In this document: positions 1 through 12,124 of the stretch, in pieces
How positions within the stretch are numbered: position 1 is the stretch's first letter
Layout of the letters: each line of letters begins with the position of its first letter
Origin: Botryllus schlosseri
Taxonomy: Eukaryota
NCBI GenBank assembly: GCA_051294905.1
Contig: CM119384.1
Span: 3,038,001 to 3,102,000, forward strand
Reading direction: 5' to 3'
DNA length: 64,000 nt
Made by a program: the position numbers and the translations under genes
The notes under the pieces: generated by a model
Database searches by the model: none
What the model saw: the letters and a program-made list of their open reading frames with translations, nothing else
What the model was told of the DNA's origin: nothing

Positions 1-1241
1 ATTATATACAACTGTAACTGTTAAAGATGCCTGGAACTGATCTAACTGATCGGTCTGTTAGGTTAGAAATTGCGACAGAATCTCGCATGTAAAAAGGCCA
101 AGAGAACATCGAACAATGCAAAACAATCAAGAACGTATAGGGATGGTAGGGCAATGTGTTGGAAACCATTTTAAACCATGCAATTCGGTATGTTTCTTGG
201 TGGCTACAGTAAATTTTTGGAAATAAATGCATCGTCTTATTGAAAGTAAAAGCAGCTAACTCGAAATACGAACAGTGGACATTTGGGATTTATTTAGCAT
301 TCTCGGAGTACCATTCACTTTTCTTGACAAAAGAGGACAAATATACTCATAATAGAGGACATATGGTACGCATATATATGTAATATCGCATACCAGACGC
401 AACAATTGGAGCCGTTTAACCGTGTATTCGATCAATATATGATTACTGATTACTGTGATGACTCTTCAAGAGTTTCAGTTATAAGTAGAGCGCGAGTGCT
501 GTATCTATACGGGCTCCTTTGCCTCGTAATGACCACACTGATCGTTATCTGCAAGATACATATCTTGCGCAGCAACGATAACCATCACAGCACCGACTTT
601 TTCGATAGTAATTGTTCTAATCGCCTTCCAATGCAATATAGTGTTTGCCAGATGCAAAAACAATTTATAGTTGGAGATGAACGAGCAGACAACGCATAGC
701 ATGCACCGTGTACGGGGATCGATGACATATCTGTAAACTATTGTTTCGTCTGAAATTGAATCAAGCATCCCTACATACTCTATAAATTCAGACGTTGTTA
801 GTATAGGCTATATATACTTCAAGAGTACTTGTTATTGACCTTACGTCAACGTGTGCCGATATATCAGCGTACACTATATTTTACATAGTTTACGGTTCTG
901 CAGAAAATGAGCGTTATGGAAAAATTCTCAATACAGACAATGATGCAAAATTAGCCTATTTCTCGAGATGTGGGGCATGTCCCCGTAGCTTTTGATTTTT
1001 ATCGCAGCGCTCCGTAAGATAGACCCGTCTATTATTATTTATAGTCAAGGAATTCGTATTTTCCTCTCTCAGGTATGCATCCGATAACAGCAAGTTGCCA
1101 CAGAGTGGGCCGCAAAATAACGTAATAGCCTCCGGTGAAAACTTTGGCAGGTAACACGACTGTTGTGATACGTACCCTCGAAATATTTTAAGTAAGCGAA
1201 AGGTCGTAGAGAGGTTCGTAATATATTAAATTAGCACGTAC

Positions 1242-4200
1242 CGGGATAATTTTTAACTTGAAAGTCAAACTGGCAAAGTACTTGACCGCCGAGATTGAAT
1301 AGTTTCGTGTTGAACACTTCCCTAAATGCGTCCAAGATGAAATTCGTATACCACGGACTCCACGGTCTGAAGAAACTTGTGATGTACCTGTAAGCATAAT
1401 ATAATTGGGTGTGAACTTTCTTAATCGTGAATGGTCCGAGACGAAACAGTTATTGGTCATATCAGTAGCTATACTAACTGTCTATATCATGGCTTCTCGA
1501 TGGTAAGTTATAACTCTCATGAAATAATTTACAGCCATGCAATTGTAATGCGGCGTAACTATATTCAAATTCCGGTAAAGCGGTGTTGGCAAAATCAATA
1601 AGCGAAACGTATTTATTGTTACGTTAGTCCCGACTAGGGAGACAATTGGCATTTTATTTTCTTGCTAGGTCTATAGTCTCTTGTTTCTGAACACAATCCA
1701 TGTCTGGATACCACTAGATTCGGACATTTTGGGCAGACTTGGATAACTAGATAATTCTAAATAAAATGTCGGTAATCTAATTCTCATCTATTTCGTGAAA
1801 TGTTTCTTTTCTCTAATTCCAATTAAAATCTAATTTGTGCAATGTTTCTATGCGGCAATTTTAATTCCGATCTAATTAATGATAGTTTTTCTGGAAATAC
1901 TGCAGGATAACTGTAATCAGTGAAACGAGCCAATAAGCTTTGCTTACAGACATTCGACATTCTCGTGCTTATGACGCCGAGCTCTGAGTTGATATGAACT
2001 GAACATGACTCAATGGCCAAGTTTTCGCGAAATCAGTAATTCTAATTCTAATCTAATTTGGAAAAAGCAATGTAGCTATAATTCTAATGCTGCAGTCTAT
2101 TTGGAAAAGCCGAAGATTTTTGAATTGTCAAAGTCTGGCCTACGGGGCTACCAAGTCCTTCGACGCACACGATAGACTATAACCGACATTACAATTAATC
2201 AACGCGCGGAGAAAATCATCACAAATGTCGTTACCGCCATTGCTGAGACGTAGCTCCGTAATAACACGATGGCGCGCCGCCCATCACGTTCGGTCCGAAT
2301 ATCGACTTCAAAAAGGCGAGCTGGTAATCGAAGCAGCACGTCGGATCCTTCAAACATTCTCCTGGATTATCATCGGGTTTCCTGTCACTCCCGAACCCGC
2401 CGCACGGCACTCTGGAACGCAAAGAGACAGTAACAACCGCAAGATATTCCCATAGCAGTGGTTCTCTAACGCCGGTCCGCTAAATATGCCTATATTAGAC
2501 TTTTATATTTCAATTTCAAAATGCAAGAAGTTGGACGTCTTTCGTTAAAAGAGTTTCCTGGAGGTACAGAACATCAATATAAAATTGACAATATCTCCAT
2601 ACTGAGTGGAACCCCGAATATTTTCAACTGACACTCGTCTGAGGTAATCGTCAGCAACTGGCTGAGAATTGCATTTATAACATTGGATGTCAACAATCGT
2701 ATCGCAAAATATCACCCCCACTGGTAATTAAAGAAGTGAAGCAACAGATATTTCAATAGACTTGGAAATTTGAAATATATTTTTCTCCATGGTGTCGTAA
2801 TCAGAGGTGGTAAAATTAGCTATATTCGGTATTTAGGTAGAGGTAACGCCGGCAATTTATTTTATAAGTAGCGATTTACAAGTAAGTGAAAAAGTAACTA
2901 TTTTTTAGGCCGAGTTTTGCCTACAAAACCGAAAACTGTTCGTAGTCTAATATCATATTGGCGAATATGTCCAAGTGGGCAAAAATTGCTTGCAGTATTC
3001 CGAAAAGTAGACCACCTCTGGTAGGAATATATAGCGCTCATGGACTGCTTTGGACTTGGATTGCGTCACGATGCTGCAAGTGTCGTGCGATACTATATTT
3101 CGTTCAGGAACAGTTACACGGGAAAAGGCCCCGTTTAAACATAGCTACTTAATTTCGACAGACATTCCACATCATTTATAGTGATGTTTTACCGGTCGAA
3201 AAGTTTGAAAACCACTGATCTATAGTGTAGGCACCAACCTGTAGCACAGCTTCACGTGGACTGGACATTTCGGAAAGAGGTCCAAGATGCTCCCACCCCC
3301 GAAAGCGCCGGAAAGCAGTCCAAACGAAAGGCTGCGTTGAAGAGCGTTTTGCTGCAAGGTACCGGGAACTCTGCCCAGCTGAAAAAGACCGGGAAACAGT
3401 AAATAACATGCGCTCAATGAAAGAGGCGGCCACGGTGGTTTGCGATGCTACTCGAGTAGAATTAGAAGTGATCTAATAATTTGTACTTAATTACAAGCAG
3501 AAGTTGAACAACTAGAAGATTCTCAGCTTTTCTAATTTAGATAAGAAATATAATTAACTCTTAAGGCGGAAATGGACCGGAGCCAGATCGGATATCCGGC
3601 CGGATTTACTCATTTTTGGCTGCATGGAGCCGGATCAGTACTTTTTCTGATACGGCCGGAGTCGGGTCGAAGCCGGATTAGTACATTTTTACTAATAACG
3701 TGACAGCCATGCACTCTTCCGCCCTCGAATCAATAGTTGAAGTGAAACGTTCATGAAAATAACCCACATGCTAAGTCCAAGTTGGCATAATCACTTCAGA
3801 TTTTTGAGTTTTGATCTTTGAGTTTTGAGATCATTGAGATATTCGAGTTTTTAATTTCCTGTTTGCATTGTTTTAATCGATATTCAATACCATCCTGTGA
3901 TCGCGGTCATTTCTAGAATACGGCCTAATAGGAGTCGGGTCGGAGTCGGACCAGAGAGTTTGTCGATCCGCTCCCACACTCTTAACTATACACAGTTCTT
4001 TCCAGGTCAGACTAGAATTAGAATCATATAGCTACACAGATTTTTCCAAATTAGATTAAAATTATAATTATAGCAGCACAGTTTTTCCCCGAATTAGATT
4101 AAAATTATTATTACTGAATTCGCGACAACTTGGTAATCGAATTAAATTTAGAATTAGAATGAACTGTCTCAAAAATCAGCTCGGCTCGTTTCGCGCTATA

Positions 4201-6450
4201 TAATTATCCTGTAACATTTTCAGGAAAAGCAGAAATTAGATAAGAATTAAAATAAGAGCCTTAAAACGATCAAAATTATATTTCCGGCGTTTTGCTCTAA
4301 TCAGACGACAATAACAAGTAGCAATTTGCGAGACATGTTTGTTTGTTCGTGGTTTTCACGGTGTTTGTCGACTACTGTTATCGTTTAAACCGGGCCAATT
4401 TTCTTCGATTTTTATTCCATAGCTGCCGACATGTAGCACGGTCCACTTCCAGACTTTTGTAAGGCACCGCTTACGCGGATGAGATGGCGAGGAGGAGCCT
4501 AGATAAACCTCCAACACGTTGGTAGGGATTCTGAAGTCGGCTTCGGTCGGACTCGAACCCTCAACCCATTGGTGCTGCAGCCGTGGATTATACCACTATA
4601 GGACAGGGGTGTCAAACTCAAATTGCGTCGTAGGCCGGATTCGAGGCTTCAAATCGGTCGCAGGCTGCACTAGTCAACTTATTCGAAAATTTTACGTCAC
4701 GCAGTAACTGTTCACTTGAATATTTTATTACATTGAACCACGGATCACAGGGGTGCCATTCTAGCAAGTAGCAACAACTTTATTCGTGGACAACGGAATA
4801 GGCAAAAATATCGTATGATTGGCAGGTGAAAACGGATATGAACCGCTAAAAAACTGGCGCTAACGAGGATATAAGTTGGCATATTTCCATGCTCATCATG
4901 GCTAATAAGAACAGGTTTTCAACGCAATTGTTTTAAATTGTTTTTTGTGGTAAATGCAATGCGGCTGATGAAAATCAAGAATTTAGGACTCTGATGATAT
5001 ATTCCTTTATTATTTAAAGTGCGTACAACAGCATCACAGCGCTGAGTTACATTATAGCTTCATTTTCTTTAATGACTATATTACCACACACACAATCTCG
5101 ATCATATTATCAATTCACTCGGAATCAAACGATACTCACCGATCTTTGCAGAGTTGGATCGGTGGATGGCGGCATTGAGCGCACGAATCTTTGTACTGAT
5201 GAAGGGTCAGGCTGGGGAGGCACACCCTGTGCAAGGCCGAAGCTTCGAAATCCAGAACTAGCTGTAAAGGAACACGCATAAATTGACATAAAAGCAGTAG
5301 ATGACTTTAAACGGCGTGTATCCTGTTTCATGCACACAAGAAGATGGTAAAGATGGCCAGAAACTAACCGATTTTGTCACAACATTCGAGTGCGACCCAA
5401 AAACGAATGCATGGAGGTAGACTTACCATATTTTCGGCATCCCAAATGAGGAATTTTATATTTGACAGCAAGTAAAACGAAAGTAGAATTGTTACGTCTG
5501 ATTTGGGCGATGTTTTGGATTTCCTCGGTATTGAAGGTAAAAGTTGTGCGAAAAAAGCAAAGCAATTTGCAAAAACAGACACAAAAACAACCAACCGAAT
5601 TTCGTTTACAGATCCAGCAGTTTCATTTTCCAATATGAAACGATCAGTTTTAATGTATTCGTGAAATTGGTTACACGAAATATCTTCGAATTTATATACA
5701 GCCGTCAAGATGCTCGAAACTAATCCAACTGATAGTTATGAAAAGATTGAGCTCGCTCCCGAAAAACTGAGACCGACCCTCGCGTATAAGAAGGCGCAGA
5801 TGTTACAGAGGACGTGTAACAATGTTTGCAATATGAAGAAGGTAGGGCTGTTAGGGTAATTTGTTGAAAAACCTGTTTTAAACCAAAAAGTCAGCATGTT
5901 CCGTGGCTCTAGTCATTTTTTGGAAATGAATACGTCTCGCCTAAAAGTATTGTTGAAGATATCGGCAACCAACTCGAAATGCTAAAAAAGAGGATATTTG
6001 GGCATTTTTGACGGTACTCAGAGTACCTTTCTCTTCTCTTGAGAGAGGAGGACAAATCCTCTTAAAAATGGAAATATAACAAGCCTGACTTGAAGGAACA
6101 TTTGAAAATTGGATACGCACTGACGGTGAAGCTTCGCGCATTCGCCATGCATCCTACGCCTTCCTTCCAGCAGCAACCTTTCCCCGCACATTCGCTCACC
6201 CGTCCACATTCATTCCTACTGTAGGTACCGAAAGGTACCAAATTTGCTGATCGACCGCAGGATGCCTGACCTTCAGTTCCTGCAAAAGCAATACCGGTAT
6301 TCCGTGTAAGAAAGAGAAATTCCAGTCAGATACAGTTGATGTTTTCTTAGTGCAAGAAAGAATTAAATAAAGCAACTGTTCTCACTTACCTAAAAAGAAG
6401 AAGCACTGAACGGCGAATAATAGCACGACATGCAATCTGCCGACTACCAT
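1242..6450 (-). CDS. Partial multi-exon gene for a predicted secreted protein with trefoil (P-type)-like Cys domains
   Basis: Exons bounded by AG/GT: 6450-6390 (MVVGRLHVVLLFAVQCFFFLG, hydrophobic signal-like), 6279-6125 (TEGQASCGRSANLVPFGTYSRNECGRVSECAGKGCCWKEGVGCM), then a phase-consistent chain 5261-5140, 4498-4475, 3378-3239, 2411-2235 (RVPCGGFG...GECLKDPTCCFDY...APSCYYG) and 1387-1242. RxxCG...C...CC[FW]...C is the trefoil pattern. The link between 6125 and 5261 and the 3' end are unresolved. Confidence 0.7.
1800..2100 (-). repeat. TTAGAA-rich dispersed repeat family, copy in reverse orientation
   Basis: ttctaattctaatctaatttggaaaa motifs, the reverse complement of the blocks at about 3990-4270, 7780-8220, 26760-27010, 35120-35420 and 35830-35970. 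Confidence 0.6.
2456..3217. mobile_element. Degenerate hAT-type MITE in an intron of the trefoil-like gene
   Basis: Ends cagtggttctc... and ...gaaaaccactg; flanking 8-mers match only partly (tcccatag / atctatag). Confidence 0.4.
3565..3977. mobile_element. Short insertion with ccgga/gagtcggg subterminal repeats
   Basis: Exact flanking 8-bp direct repeat actcttaa (3557-3564, 3978-3985); TIRs are weak. Confidence 0.4.
3990..4270 (+). repeat. TTAGAA-rich dispersed repeat
   Basis: Aligns by eye with 7780-8220 (ctacacag...tttttccaaattagatt...ttagaattagaat). Confidence 0.65.
4533..4600 (-). pseudogene. Truncated tRNA-like sequence or SINE head
   Basis: Reverse strand tagtggtataatc...ggttcgagtcc carries A-box and B-box-like motifs; its 5' side abuts a caggggtgtcaaact MITE end. 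No complete cloverleaf. Confidence 0.4.
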
Positions 6451-7779
6451 ACTTTCAATATGTCTGTTGTGAAAACAATTTATCGATTGGTGAGGGGAGA
6501 GTTTAAATCACCATTAGCTAACGTCCAAAGTTTCAAAAGCAATGTTTTCTTATTGAGCTCATGTGGTGTGGTTGTCATCAGGTAGTGTGGTCGCCGATGT
6601 AAAACTGTAGCCTATACGTATTAATTACAGGCCTCAGTCTCGAACTTTACACCTGTCGGCGCCCTTCAGCCATCTATTTGTGTACGGCAAATTGTGATAG
6701 GCTATCGAAGCCAATATCTGCACAAGTTTCAGTAATCGACGTATTATTATGAAAATTCCTTTACACTTGAAATTATATTGTTTTGAGTCGGAAAATAGTG
6801 ATTTTCTCCAAACAGTCCATCAACGAACCAATTTACGAAATGGTTCGTCAAAATAGACTTTTTAAGAATTTCATTTAGCGCCCCATGAGATTGTTACGCA
6901 GCCGAAAAAATCGCGCGCATCAAATTTGACAAAATTCCAACCCGTTAAAGCGAAGTTACTAGGAAGTTAAAGTCAAAGGAAGTTAAAGGAAGCTGCAATA
7001 TACTTCTCCGACACATAAATGTTTATTGATGCATTATTTCATAGAGACATGAATTTTACAAGATTATGAACAACGCATGGGTCCGTTTCAGGCATATTTC
7101 AAATACATGGCAATATATATGATACAGGCTTCATGTGACTTTCTGTTGAACAAGCCTATTGAGCTGTAAAAAGGCGTATCATCCGACCACACGATGATAG
7201 TTGAGCATAACATCTACTCATGACAACAGGCCGGATGGCGAGTATAAAAACCACCGAGAGAATTAGGTCCTATAATCAGTGATATTTGCTAATCGCGCCA
7301 TCGAGTCGCCTAAACCTAACATTGTGGTTTGCTATCGGGAAGGGCATGACGCAAATCAATATATATTCAGATACACTGCTCATGTTCACCAATGCCACAT
7401 CTCGTGTGGTATTGCTGCTTATACACATTAACAGACATGATATCATGGAATTACGGTACGATATTATTGCCGTTGCTAACGCTCGATAGTAATTTCGTAT
7501 TGTTGTAGCATAAACCGAAAAGTGACCTACGCTACGAGTAGGCTATATAACTGGATACGATTTCAAGTATACGGGAAAGGCTCATCAAAATAACGTAACG
7601 TCTTCTTTCAAGTCTAATTAAAATATCATCACTCACCATTGCAACCTACCCCACTATAAATCTTCCGGCGCCTATAAACTTCGTTAAAACAGGGTGGATA
7701 ACCTTAAAATTACGCACTGAATAATTTGGCTCGCATTTTTCCAGTCAGACTTACAGAACTAGAAAACTTTGTGCTTTTC

Positions 7780-8220
7780 CAAATCACATTGGAATTAGAA
7801 TTACGGCTACAAAGTATTTTCCAAGCTAGAGTAGAATTGGAATTGTAGCTACACAGTTCTTTCCAAATTGGATTAAACTTCGAATTATAGCGACACGTGT
7901 ATTCCGTATAAGATTAGAATTAGAATTACTGAATGAAAGAGAACTTGAGCATTGAATCAAGTTCTGCTAATATCAAACCACGGTTCATTCTTACGAGCAT
8001 GATAATAGAAAATTTCTGTGCAGCAAGCATGGCTCGTTTTGCACTACCCATTCTCCTACATTATTCACAGGAAAACCAGAAATTAGATTATTATTAATAA
8101 TATAGCACAGAAATACTTCGCAAATTACATTAGAATTAGAATTAGAATTAGAGCGACGAAAGATAATTATTCTAATCAGATAACAAGAATTATCTAGTTG
8201 CACAAGTCTGGTTCAAACTA
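7780..8220 (+). repeat. TTAGAA-rich dispersed repeat
   Basis: Tandem ttagaa units, homologous to 3990-4270 and 35120-35420. Confidence 0.65.
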
Positions 8221-10112
8221 CACCGCGATTGCTAATTCAACTGCTAGTCCAATTTCTCCCGATTGCATACCATTGAATACCGGGTTTATCGAGATCGGCA
8301 TTGCTCAAAGGTATTTGCAGCACGACAAGCAAGCGCGATAACTCCGCGTCATATATATGCGCCATTTCCGTGCGTGCATTGTAGTAAGAATACTTCGACA
8401 CCAAAAGCAAGCGAAATATTTTTCAGCCTCTGGGCAAGTGCAGAGATCGGGGCGACGGAACTGCTAGTCACAGGGTTTATCAAGCAAAATAATCAGGCTT
8501 GTTACCATCGGTGTTATGGTGCATGCCGGCGACATGCTTTCAAAAATAGATATTCCGTGACGCAAGCGCGGCAGCTTAGTAATTACAGTTAGTAGAAACT
8601 CACGTTCACCCCTCAGCGATAAGGATAGGTTCAAACACTTTCACTTATTTTTGACTTGAATAATTCAGTTAGGCTTGTTCTTTGTCGTATTCATAAGATT
8701 GGGAAAGTATCATATTCAGTGCAAACAAAAGAACCATAGACAGAGGTTGCTGTACAACCAAAATCAGTCGCCTCCCGTTCAACATAAAGTAAAGACTTAT
8801 TATATGTGACATCCACCAAATCAAAAAGTCTTTTCTCACAGACGCATATGTTTAGCAAGCATTTTACTTAGAATGATCACAAAATCACAATATCTGCTTC
8901 AGAGTACTGTATAAGTGTATATCATTGAGCTGGTGTAGCATTCGACCATAATGTGTGTAAGATTGGTATATTTGTAAACAGTAAAATCGCAAAAGTGTTT
9001 CATATTATCTGTTACGTTATGCCGACTGTTCTACGTCATACAGATCCAAAGTATCATATGGTTAACGTTAATCTAAATTCATGTAATCAGAAGCACGACT
9101 TTTTGCATTGCAATTGATAGCATCAAATCTCTTGGCCGCAATGCGATTGTCGAGTATATGATGGAAATATTGTATTCTTGAAAGCTATATGCAAAATTTA
9201 TGTGGAATTTTGACTGATGCGGTTTTGCTGAAGGATCGAGTCAAAAAGTCAATCTTTGGAGCGGTAATGTCTCGCGGACCGAGCTTTAGATGCCTCTGGC
9301 TTAAGCCGGTCGTGAATTTAGTTCAGTTTGTCAATAGCTGTAGCCTAACATGTGGCCTAATCACAGAATTGAACGGGAAATGGATCACACCATTTTCGTA
9401 AGAAAGTTTCCGTGTTCGAACTGTAGCTATAAAAGATGTCGAGGTGTCGAGGTTCCTCGTCATCGCTTCTTGACCGCCACCGAAACTTATGGCACTTATG
9501 GCATCACTGATGCACTTTCTCGACGCGACCTCCACTTCATACACAAGATTTCATAAGATGCGTCACTCGCATCGCTTCCAACAGCAAGGTCCCACATTGC
9601 AACTTCTTCCAAAACCATAGTTCATTTCCGCGCCACGAACTTGTCGCACACAGACTTGAGAAATGGAAATATGTCGAGTACTGCTAGAAAGCAAGAATGA
9701 ATAGACGTAAAGTGGGCTCAAGTCAGGCGGTCTTAAGCCCGGCGACAGCAGATAGAATTTTCAAACGGAACTATAAGTCGGCCACAACCAACCGCAAGTC
9801 ATGTACTGGTCTTGAGCCCAGTCCAAACTATACGTAACTTCATCCAGTATGTTTGTCGCCTCTCATTATCAATTCTCAGTCTTACGGAAAAGGACTCAAT
9901 TATGGTGCCTGTATCCACCCGCGAAAATTAGCTACCAGCTGTACTCGCAGACAACAGGAACATCGCCTATGAGCGGATTTTAGTGATGCGATTTAACACT
10001 AGCTCTACAGGCCTCCACGAGTTGTATGGGGCCAGTGAAATAGAACTACGTCACCAAGAAACCATAAAAACATATTGTCCCTTGAGAGTTATACTGAGAT
10101 TACCGTCTAGTC

Positions 10113-10813
10113 CAGTGGTTCTCAACCGGGGGTCCGCGAAGCATTCTCAGGGGTCCGCGAAGCCTCTAAATTTACGAAATAGCTGATAACCGAATTTGTA
10201 TTTTTTTGAATTAGGAAAATCACGAGTCAGTTTCTCTTCATTACTAGTAAAACTCCATCATTACTAGTAAAACCCCAGAACTCACATCAACTCATTTTAA
10301 TTGGTAAATCGCCGATAGCCTATACTGATACAAACATTTTGCTGTTTAAAGATGTTGTGTTAGGTATTGTGGAATAAATAAAAGTTGTATTAGTAAGGTT
10401 AATCACGATAACTTCGAAATGTTTGCAAAAATCCATTTATCCTGCGATATAGCCTACATAATCATTCTCCATAATAATTTCAAGGTGAACTGCTATATGT
10501 AAATGATCGGGCTTGACGCTATATGCTCATTACAAAACTTGTTTGTGAATTGTGGTGCCATATATTTGTTGCGATCATACCCAAATGTGTCGTCGGAAGC
10601 GTGCCGTTATTATTACACGCGCCACCACCTTTTTTGTTTGAATGGATTTTCGGCACTCGTTCATAATAAAGCAACGGCGCCGATTTTCAAGACACGACCC
10701 GGTATTTCAAGAAATGCAGTTGCAGAATTTGATTTGAAATAGTAAAAGTCAACTCAACACAATTTGTACAATCCAAACGGGGTCCGCGAAGCCAAAAAGG
10801 TTGAGAACCACTG
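10113..10813. mobile_element. hAT (Charlie-like) MITE
   Basis: TIR cagtggttctcaacc / ggttgagaaccactg; perfect 8-bp TSD gtctagtc. Confidence 0.9.
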
Positions 10814-10833
10814 GTCTAGTCATCAGTTATCGT

Positions 10834-11683
10834 TGGGGCGAATTTTTGACTTGAAAAACGAACGATTTTGATTTAAAAAATCAAAATTTTTACATTTTTT
10901 GACCATAAAAATCCTAATTATGACCAAATTTGACTTAACACATGCAAATTAGGTGTTTCCCACATAATGCTAGAATCGTATTACTTATCATTTCTGGTTG
11001 GAACTGTCTGTCGTTACGATGTAGTTTGGAATGAAAAAAATCTTTTTTGCCTCAAAAACTGACAAATTTTTCAACGAAATCTGGCCCTATGAAGAATTCC
11101 AGTAGTTACATCACGCATTATGGCATAAATATTTGAAACAAATTGGTAGTACAACGAAAGATACTTTCCTACATTCTCGGGTAGTAAGTGTCTGTCCAGA
11201 CTTTAAGTGGCTTGCCATCAATGGAGAAAGAACGTTCAACTGCAGCAGTTGTTGGCTGACAGCACTGAAATTGTGCGTACACTGCTGGTGACAAACCGTG
11301 TTGCTTCATTCTAGCAATGGTGTCTACATCACAATTTTTCATCATGCGCTTCTTGGTTTAAGAACCATGCAATGCCCACGCAGTCATACTCAAGTTGTGA
11401 TATTGCGATACGTTGAGCATAATACCATGCCAACCTATTTATTTCATTTGAATGTTTATGATTCACAATGAGCAGACAATAGGTCGTCTACAACGCTAGG
11501 CCTATAAGTAGGTGACAAGCTGTGTCAAATGATAAGTTCACCGACAGTGCAAAATCTACGATACAAACGAAATGCAGGTTACAAAAAAGTTTCTACTTTG
11601 TAAACTATTTTGAGATTTTTGACCTAACGCTACAATTTTGACCGAATTTTGGCTTTTTTGACATGAGAAAAATAATCGCCCTA
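10834..11683. mobile_element. Non-autonomous TIR element (same family as about 24040-25325)
   Basis: Imperfect inverted ends (tggggcgaattttt / aataatcgcccta), flanks gttatcgt / gttgtcat (6/8). The interior aligns with 24040-25325 and carries the empty cacaatga site. Confidence 0.7.
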
Positions 11684-12124
11684 GTTGTCATATTTTACTC
11701 ATGTAATAGCCTAAACGTAATCCAGCTTGTGAAGTTTGTGCGTACGCGCAACCGGCCACAAAACTTGAAGAGGTTCGATATGAAAAAAGTTTTGAAATCC
11801 ACGTTTTAGGAATTCCCTTGACCATTCCAGGCGTGGCAGCCGAAGACGTGACGCGATAGCTGACCCTATAAGAATATTGTCGTTCAGCGTAGAAAACATC
11901 CGTCCTAAAACTAAATACAGCATCAATTGTACGCACTCAAAATACGATAGTTTCCTCGACTGTGTCGGGCATTGCGAACCAACAGTGCTAAGCGATAATC
12001 CTTTACAAATTTTGTGGTTCAGCGTAACAAGTATGCAAGCCCGCGTATAAACCAATAACTATATCGCAAAGTCGCCTTTATTGTGCGCACTCAAAATACA
12101 GCAAAAATGTAACATGGTGAGCGG

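Noticed and set aside
1072-1149. Plus-strand exon-like segment (ctctctcag ... cag|gtaac)
   Set aside because: Isolated, with no phase-linked partner exons, and lies antisense within the trefoil-like locus.
4533-4600. Functional tRNA-Cys gene
   Set aside because: The acceptor stem is incomplete and cut by a MITE; treated as a relic.
8630-9700. Possible pseudogene or viral fragment (short interrupted open frames on the minus strand)
   Set aside because: No recognisable domain or consistent splice chain.
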